A program made the translations under genes and the position numbers. DNA of 64,000 bases from Acidobacteriota bacterium (GTDB lineage Bacteria; Acidobacteriota; UBA890; WLXD01): positions 2,272,001-2,336,000 of the forward strand of contig CBDBHB010000009.1 of assembly GCA_965205505.1 (NCBI GenBank). Direction: 5' to 3'. Positions 57,660 to 64,000 of this stretch are shown here, piece after piece. Each line of letters opens with the position of its first letter. Position 1 is the first letter of the stretch. The notes beneath the pieces are model-generated. The model was not told the DNA's origin, ran no database searches, and saw only the letters and a program-made list of their open reading frames with translations.

Positions 57660-60473
57660 ATGACCATCTCCACGTCTGCCGAGCCGGTGCTCGACGCTTC
57701 TCGCCTTCTCACTCATTTGCGCGACTCAGCGCGCGGCCCGGTGTCTCCCGATGCCCTCGCCAGCGAGCTTGAGCTCGACCCAGGACTCGTTTCCCGACTG
57801 CAGCCTCTCCTCGACGAGCTCGTAGCCGCTGGCACTGTCGTCGAGAGTCGGGGCCGCTACGGGGCTCCCGAGCGCATGAACCTCGTCGTTGGGCGCCTGA
57901 GCGCGCACCCCGACGGCTTTGCGTTCGTGGTACCACCTGTAGGGTCCGGTCAGTCCGACCTCTTCATCCCAGGTCATCAGCTGCGGGGTGCGCTGCACGG
58001 CGACCGCGTGATCGCTCGCTTCGAGCATCGACGTCGCAGCGGCAAGCGCGAGGGCCGGGTGATTCGCGTGCTCGAGCGTGCACGCAGCAGAATCGTTGCC
58101 AAGCTCGAGCAGGTAGGGGGACTTGCCTACGCCCGCCCGCTCGATCGGCGGCTCGGCAACGAGATTGTCATACCGCCGAGTTCCCTCGGCGACGCCGCCG
58201 ACGGACAGATCGTCAGCGTCGAGATTGTCGAGTATCCAAAGGGCCGGCGCGGCGCTGTCGGCAGGGTCGTCGAGGTGCTCGGTGACGCCGCCGACGCCAA
58301 GGTCGACGCCGAGATCGTGATTCGTGAGTACGACCTTCGTCACGAGTTTCCCGCCGCGGTGCTGAAGGAGGCGAGTGAGACCGCGACGACGGTCAGCGAA
58401 GAGGAGATCGAAGGACGCACGGATTTTCGCACCTTGCCCATCATAACGATCGACGGTGAGAACGCACAGGATTTCGACGATGCCGTGCACGTGGAAGGTC
58501 AGCCTGACGGGACCTATCGACTGCATATCCACATCGCCGACGTAGCGCATTACGTTGCGCCAGGCTCGCACGTCGATGCGGAGGCGCGAAAGCGCGCCAC
58601 GTCTGTCTACTTTCCGGATCGCGTCCTGCCGATGTTGCCGGAATCGCTGTCGAACGGCATCTGCTCGCTGAAGCCAGGGGTCGACCGTCTGGTGCAATCG
58701 CTGGTCGTCGATATCGACCGCCAGGGCCGCACGCTGAACTACGAGTGTCACGACGGTGTTATCCATTCCGCCGCACGCCTGACCTACAGGCAGGTGGCAG
58801 CGGTTCTGGACGGCGATGATGGAGCCCGGAAGGAACACGAGGCACACGTCGAGAACCTCGAGCGCATGCAGGAGCTCGCCAAGCTGCTCATGGATGTGCG
58901 CCGGCAACGTGGCAGCATCGACTTCGACCTGCCGGAGCCCGAGCTGATTATCAACTTGCGCGGCGTGACCGAGGACATCGTGCGCGCCGAGCGCAACGCG
59001 GCGCACCGGATCATCGAGGAATTCATGATTCGGGCCAATGAGGTCGTGGCCAGCCACTTGACCTGGGAAGGTGTGGACGGGCTCTATCGCGTGCATGAAG
59101 GGCCCGACGAAACCCGCGTCGAAGCGCTACGCGACTTCCTCAGCGGCCTTGGCTACTCGTTCGGCGGCGGGCCTACACCGAGCCCGCGCCACTTCAGCGA
59201 ACTGCTGGAGCGACTCGAAGGTAGGCCCGAGGAGCGCGTCGTATCCATGCTCGTGCTGCGCACCATGAAGCGGGCGCAGTACCGGGTCGAGAACGAGGGG
59301 CACTTCGGTCTGGCGTCGGACCGCTACACGCACTTCACCTCGCCCATCCGTCGCTATCCCGACCTGATTGTCCACCGAGTATTGAAATTCGACCGCGACT
59401 CGTCGGCGGGGTCCGATGCCGCCGTCCTGGCGCCGGCAGACCTCGAGAGCATAGCCAGCGACTGCTCGACCCAGGAGCGTCGTGCCGAGGAGGCCGAACG
59501 TGAGTACTGCGGCTGGAAGAAGGTGCAGTTCATGTCGGACAAGCTCGGGGAGGTGTACACGGGGCACATCGTGGGCGTGCAAGCATTCGGCTTCTTCGTC
59601 GAGCTCGACGATGTGCTAGTCGAGGGCATGGTGCCGGTATCGACACTGAGCGACGACTACTACCGGTTCGACGAGGCCAAGCACAGCTTGCGGGGAGAGC
59701 GCGGCAGCCGCGTTCTGGCACTCGGCGATCAGGTGCGGGTGCGTGTTGCCAAGGCCGACGTGGGACGTCGCCGGCTCGACTTTGTACTTGAAGAAGGCCC
59801 CCTGCCCAAGGCCGCGCCCGTGCCCGAGAAGCGCGCGCGCCAGCGCGGCGGACGACGTCGTCGTGGACGCGGAAAGCCGGCGCCACTGGCGGCCGATGCG
59901 CCAGCCGGAAAAGAGCAGCAGGAAACGGCCGGTGTCGGCGATGCCTCCGAGGCATCTTCGGAGGGGGCCAAGCCGCGTCGTCGCCGCGGTCGTCGTGGCG
60001 GGCGTAGGCGCAGGCGTAGCACACCGGCTTCGGCAGCCGGCGAGACCGTCAGCTCGGAGAGCTCATCCGCACCCGCTGATGGCGCCGAATCGGCGGCTGA
60101 GGCGACCACCGATACGCGCGCCGGTGGCGCGGGCGGCTCGGAAAAGAGCGCTGGTTCTCGTGGCCGCCGTCGTCGCCGCGGCGGTGCCAGAGAGTCCGAG
60201 AGTGGCTCGCGACGGGCGCGTGGCAAGTCGTCCGCCGACAAAGGTCACGGTACCGGCGACGATACCAGAGCGAAGTCGACCTCTGGATCTCGTGTCCGAG
60301 GGGGCCGAGGGCGCGGGCGCAACGACCGGCGCCCCGGCGGCCGAGGGCGTCGCCCCGAGGGGGCACTCCCGGCGCCGACACGCCCTGAGCCGGCCGAGCC
60401 TGCGACGAAGCCGAAGGACGACAAGGTCGAGCGCCCAAGTGTGAATCCGTACCTCACCGATTTGGACTTCTAG
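57660..60473 (+). CDS. rnr: Ribonuclease R with long Arg/Gly-rich C-terminal extension
   Basis: GFAFV, ALHGDRV, TIDGENAQDFDDA, HIADVAHYV, SVYFPDRVLPMLPE.LSNGICSL, IEEFMI.AN, HFGLA..YTHFTSPIRRYPDL, S1 domain. Confidence 0.96.
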   Translation: MTISTSAEPVLDASRLLTHLRDSARGPVSPDALASELELDPGLVSRLQPLLDELVAAGTVVESRGRYGAPERMNLVVGRLSAHPDGFAFVVPPVGSGQSDLFIPGHQLRGALHGDRVIARFEHRRRSGKREGRVIRVLERARSRIVAKLEQVGGLAYARPLDRRLGNEIVIPPSSLGDAADGQIVSVEIVEYPKGRRGAVGRVVEVLGDAADAKVDAEIVIREYDLRHEFPAAVLKEASETATTVSEEEIEGRTDFRTLPIITIDGENAQDFDDAVHVEGQPDGTYRLHIHIADVAHYVAPGSHVDAEARKRATSVYFPDRVLPMLPESLSNGICSLKPGVDRLVQSLVVDIDRQGRTLNYECHDGVIHSAARLTYRQVAAVLDGDDGARKEHEAHVENLERMQELAKLLMDVRRQRGSIDFDLPEPELIINLRGVTEDIVRAERNAAHRIIEEFMIRANEVVASHLTWEGVDGLYRVHEGPDETRVEALRDFLSGLGYSFGGGPTPSPRHFSELLERLEGRPEERVVSMLVLRTMKRAQYRVENEGHFGLASDRYTHFTSPIRRYPDLIVHRVLKFDRDSSAGSDAAVLAPADLESIASDCSTQERRAEEAEREYCGWKKVQFMSDKLGEVYTGHIVGVQAFGFFVELDDVLVEGMVPVSTLSDDYYRFDEAKHSLRGERGSRVLALGDQVRVRVAKADVGRRRLDFVLEEGPLPKAAPVPEKRARQRGGRRRRGRGKPAPLAADAPAGKEQQETAGVGDASEASSEGAKPRRRRGRRGGRRRRRSTPASAAGETVSSESSSAPADGAESAAEATTDTRAGGAGGSEKSAGSRGRRRRRGGARESESGSRRARGKSSADKGHGTGDDTRAKSTSGSRVRGGRGRGRNDRRPGGRGRRPEGALPAPTRPEPAEPATKPKDDKVERPSVNPYLTDLDF

Positions 60474-60593
60474 TCCTAAATAAGCGCTTTTCGAGAACCC
60501 CGCCGTTCCGGCGTATTCCGGCTTTCTCCTCGGAAATCAACGACTTACGGCATTACGATGTTTACGAGGATTCCGAGCAGATAGCTCGGTTCA

Positions 60594-60647
60594 GGGACAA
60601 AAAAGGGACAATCTGGGGACAGTCCCAGTTCCAGGGGTTTCTGTCCC
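60594..60647. repeat. GGGACA x3 direct repeats at 11-bp period plus inverted copies
   Basis: GGGACA at 60594, 60605 and 60616; GTCCC at 60622; TGTCCC at 60642. Confidence 0.6.
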
Positions 60648-60986
60648 ACGAGAGGCAGGATGTCGCTCTTCAGCGCGCGCCTTGAGAATCTCGCCGTCGA
60701 TCATCGTGGCATCGACGACGATGTCGATCAGCTCGTCGGCGGCCATGGTCAACGGTAGGCCGTTAGCCTCGCTCCGTCCACTGCCCGACTTCTTCGTGCA
60801 CCAACGCAAGCCGATTTCTCACGGCGGCGGCGATTAGCCAGCCCGCATTGTCTTGGTAGCCAGTGCGGCGTGGGGGTGCTGTCAGGCCAGCCTTGACACG
60901 CATTGATCGCCCACCACAAGCGTCAAACCGCTCGAGTGAAGGGTGCGGAACCGTGCTTTTCTCCGCGGCGGCTGAATGCTGATTTC

Positions 60987-62228
60987 ATGTCGGAACAAAC
61001 TGAGGATAGGAAACGGATCGACAGAATCCTTGTCGCAGTGCCTGTGTCGATCGCGCTGCTTGTCGCCGGTACGCTCGGCGCCGTCCCCGCTAGCGGCCCG
61101 CTGGTCGAGCGCGCGGCGGCACCAGTGCTTCTAAAGGGAATCGCCGAGATCCCGGCCTGCGGCAAGCACCGGAAGCTCTACTCGGTGTCGCCGGTCGCGC
61201 CGAGCGATATAAGCTACATCATCCCGCTCGGCAACCTGGCCCCGTCGGCGCACACCTTCCCCACGGCGCACCTCTACTTGCACGTCAGACGCACGGTGCC
61301 AGGCGACAACAACACCCCGACGGTGGAGGTGCCGGTCGTCGCCCCGGGCCCGATCTGGATCACCCGCATCTCCTCCAGCGAGAACCTCGATCAGGGAACG
61401 CAGGACTTTTCGCTCCACTTCTCCCCCTGCGCCGAGCACGAGGCCTACTTTATCCACTTGACGACGCTCGCCCGCCAGCTCAGCAAGCAGCTGGTCGGGC
61501 CTCGGAGCTGCAATGAGTACACAACGGGCGGCGAACGCTGGCGCCAGTGCAGCAAGAATGTTCACGTGGCGCTCGCGGCCGGGGAGGCCATCGGGACGGC
61601 CGGGGGTGGCCTACAGCGGAACGCCCTCGACCTCGGCGCCTCCGATTCACGCGTTCGGCCGTCAGTCTACGCTAGTCCCGAACGCTGGGAGGGACGTCCC
61701 AACCAGCTCACGCTGGTGTGCGCGCTCGACTACTTCAATCCCTCCACGCGGCGCCGCCTGCGCTCCCTTCTCGGCGACGAACGGACACGCCGCAAGAAGA
61801 AGCCGATCTGCGGTGAGGTGGCCCAGGACGTTCCGGGTACGCTGCAGGGAGTCTGGTTCGTCGCCGGCACCCGCGAGCTGACCTCCGAAGACGCCCACCT
61901 GGCCTTGGTCCACGACAACTTCGATCCGGGCAAGGGGGTCTTCTCGGTCGGTATCTCGATGCAGCGCAGCGGCCTACCCTCGGCCACTTACTACTTCGAG
62001 CCAGCGACGACGGGAGCCAGGAACCGTGAGTTCGGGCAGGTCCGCAAGCGCAACAAGGTCTACTGCTACGAGGTGAAGCCTAGGTTCGCCCAGGCAACCG
62101 ACCCCGTAACGGTCATCCTCGCCGTGCTGACCGGCCCTTCGACTCTCCGGCTGGAGCGGACCGAGCTCAGCGCCTGCGGCAGTCCGCCGTGGCGACAAGG
62201 TTCCGACTACACCGAGTTCGAACGCTAG
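60987..62228 (+). CDS. Exported hypothetical protein with degenerate M23/LytM-like features
   Basis: N-terminal hydrophobic segment; IPLGNL.P..HTFPT.HLY, VPVVAPG, YFIHL, V.LAAGEAIG; several Cys pairs. Confidence 0.6.
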   Translation: MSEQTEDRKRIDRILVAVPVSIALLVAGTLGAVPASGPLVERAAAPVLLKGIAEIPACGKHRKLYSVSPVAPSDISYIIPLGNLAPSAHTFPTAHLYLHVRRTVPGDNNTPTVEVPVVAPGPIWITRISSSENLDQGTQDFSLHFSPCAEHEAYFIHLTTLARQLSKQLVGPRSCNEYTTGGERWRQCSKNVHVALAAGEAIGTAGGGLQRNALDLGASDSRVRPSVYASPERWEGRPNQLTLVCALDYFNPSTRRRLRSLLGDERTRRKKKPICGEVAQDVPGTLQGVWFVAGTRELTSEDAHLALVHDNFDPGKGVFSVGISMQRSGLPSATYYFEPATTGARNREFGQVRKRNKVYCYEVKPRFAQATDPVTVILAVLTGPSTLRLERTELSACGSPPWRQGSDYTEFER

Positions 62229-62287
62229 CAGGCTAGCAGGCCCCTGGGTGCGCGGAGTCTCGTCGGCCGGTCCACTAGAATCACCGC

Positions 62288-63742
62288 ATGGGCAGTGGCA
62301 CCGGGGCAGATTACGAGACCATCGTCGGACTGGAAGTGCATGTCCAGCTGCGGACTCGGACCAAGTTGTTCTGCGGCTGCGCTCCGAAATTCGGCGACCC
62401 GCCGAACGTGCACACCTGTCCGGTGTGCCTCGGTCTGCCGGGGGCGCTGCCGGTCGCCAACGACACAGCAGTTCGGTTGTCCACCATCGTCGCCGTAGCG
62501 CTCGAGTGCGAAATCGCGCCGCGCGCCGTATTCGCACGCAAGAACTATTTCTATCCCGACTTGCCGAAGGGTTATCAGATCTCGCAGTACGAGCTGCCAA
62601 TCGGTACGTGTGGGCGGTTGCGGTATCACAGCCGTGACGTAACGGAGTGCACTCGTGTCCATCGCGTTCACCTGGAAGAGGATGCCGGGAAGTCGTCGCA
62701 CGGCCGACCGGGGACCGGCGGCCGAACGCTGATCGATCTGAATCGGTGCGGTACGGTGTTGCTGGAGATCGTCACCGAACCCGATCTCAACGGCCCCCAA
62801 CAGGCGAGCGACTTTCTCGCCGCCTTGCGGATCATGCTTCTACATCTCGAGGTCACCGACGCCAACATGGAGGAGGGGAGCCTACGGTGCGACGCCAACA
62901 TCTCGCTGCGGCCGAGCGGGCAGGAGGCTCTCAATCCCAAGACCGAGCTGAAGAACCTCAACTCGTTTCGCTTCCTGCGCCAGGCACTGGCGTTCGAGGA
63001 GCGGCGGCAAGCGGCAGTGTTGGACGATGGCGGTAGCCTCGAAACGGCCACCCGGCTGTGGGACGTAGACAAGGGAGAAACCGTAGAGATGCGTTCCAAG
63101 GAGGAGGAACACGACTACCGCTACTTTCCCGATCCCGATCTCGTGCCGTTGCAGATCGACGATGCGGCGATCGAGGAGGCACGGCAGCAAGTTCCGGAGC
63201 TGCCGTTCGAGCGGGCGCAACGATTCGAGCGTGACGGGAACGTGTCCGGCGAGGACGCTCGCTGGTTGGTGGACGATCCGAGCCGAGCCGACTACTACGA
63301 GACGGTAGTGGCTGCGGGGGCCGATGCTGGCCTGGCGAGCAACTGGATACGCGGCGAGGTGGCGGCGTGGCTGCGACAGCACGATGTTGCCGTGTCGGCG
63401 TTCCCGGTACGCGCCGAAGATCTCGCCGGGCTGCTGGCCGCGATAACCGACCGAACGATCTCCAACAGCGCCGCCAAGAAGGTGCTGGATCAAATGGCGG
63501 CGACGCGAGCGTCGGCGCGTGAGATCATCGCCGCCGAGGCACTCGAGCAGGTGGGCGACCCGGCGGTGCTCGAGCCGATCATCGCCGCGGTCGTGAGCGG
63601 GCGGCAAGACGAGGTGCAGGCGTATCGCGCCGGCCGCCACCAGGTGCTCGGCGTGCTCATTGGCGAAGTCATGCGTGAGAGCAAGGGACGGGCCGACCCG
63701 GCCCTCGTGCGACGGCTGCTCGAGGAGAAGCTGCAAGAATGA
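62288..63742 (+). CDS. gatB: Asp/Glu-tRNA amidotransferase subunit B
   Basis: VGLEVHVQL.T.TKLFC, CLGLPGALP, RKNYFYPDLPKGYQISQ, HLEEDAGKS, MEEGSLRCDAN, KNLNS, DYRYFPDPDL. Confidence 0.97.
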   Translation: MGSGTGADYETIVGLEVHVQLRTRTKLFCGCAPKFGDPPNVHTCPVCLGLPGALPVANDTAVRLSTIVAVALECEIAPRAVFARKNYFYPDLPKGYQISQYELPIGTCGRLRYHSRDVTECTRVHRVHLEEDAGKSSHGRPGTGGRTLIDLNRCGTVLLEIVTEPDLNGPQQASDFLAALRIMLLHLEVTDANMEEGSLRCDANISLRPSGQEALNPKTELKNLNSFRFLRQALAFEERRQAAVLDDGGSLETATRLWDVDKGETVEMRSKEEEHDYRYFPDPDLVPLQIDDAAIEEARQQVPELPFERAQRFERDGNVSGEDARWLVDDPSRADYYETVVAAGADAGLASNWIRGEVAAWLRQHDVAVSAFPVRAEDLAGLLAAITDRTISNSAAKKVLDQMAATRASAREIIAAEALEQVGDPAVLEPIIAAVVSGRQDEVQAYRAGRHQVLGVLIGEVMRESKGRADPALVRRLLEEKLQE

Positions 63743-64000
63743 TCCGCGCGTTCCACGTTACCAAGCGCTACGGCAGCGTCACCGCGCTGCGCGACGTCAA
63801 CGTGCAGATTCGGCCCGGCGAGTTCGTGTTCCTCACCGGGGCCAGCGGTGCTGGTAAGACAAGTTTGCTCCGCTTGTTGTACCGCGCGGAGCTGCCAACG
63901 AGTGGTCAGCTGCTCGTCGACGGGCGCAATGTCGCCAGCCTCAAGCGCCGCGAAGTGCCACCGTTCCGACGACGTATCGGCCTCGTGTTCCAGGATGCGC
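63739..64000 (+). CDS. ftsE: Cell division ATP-binding protein FtsE, partial
   Basis: ATGA overlap with gatB; MIRAFHVTKRY...GEFVFLTGASGAGKTSLLRLLY..ELPTSG...RRRIGLVFQD. Confidence 0.85.
   Translation, partial: MIRAFHVTKRYGSVTALRDVNVQIRPGEFVFLTGASGAGKTSLLRLLYRAELPTSGQLLVDGRNVASLKRREVPPFRRRIGLVFQDA

Overview
High-GC bacterial chromosomal segment, most likely Acidobacteriota (inference from a GWxTD protein, PadR/ADOP-type duplicated permeases, and Ser/Thr kinases with PD40 propellers). Bases 1-36 kb are mostly housekeeping/catabolic: exported amidohydrolases and peptidases (one M28 peptidase fused to FG-GAP repeats and ASPIC/UnbV), OPT and MFS transporters, a GldA/F/G-like ABC system with a DUF4340 protein, a membrane SpoIIE phosphatase plus GWxTD protein, a NatAB-like ABC pair, superoxide dismutase, a TonB-dependent receptor, threonine dehydratase, two lipoprotein methyltransferases and ferritin. 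This part also holds two small inverted-repeat (MITE-like) elements. A ~19.3 kb integrative island lies between a degenerate tRNA-Leu 3' fragment (~36.2 kb) and an intact tRNA-Leu(CAG) (55408-55491). The island carries PadR/ADOP modules, a PQQ dehydrogenase, an FAD oxidoreductase, AraC, a Ser/Thr kinase, an IS3 element, and a tyrosine integrase that appears fused in frame to an excisionase-type HTH. It is punctuated by repeated copies of the kinase promoter/5' end, and many island genes carry frameshifts or nonsense codons (decay or consensus error). The window ends with a GT-C-like membrane protein, rnr (long Arg-rich tail), an att-like repeat patch, an M23-like protein, gatB and the start of ftsE. 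No CRISPR array or rRNA was seen. All family assignments are from motif recognition by eye; no database search was run.
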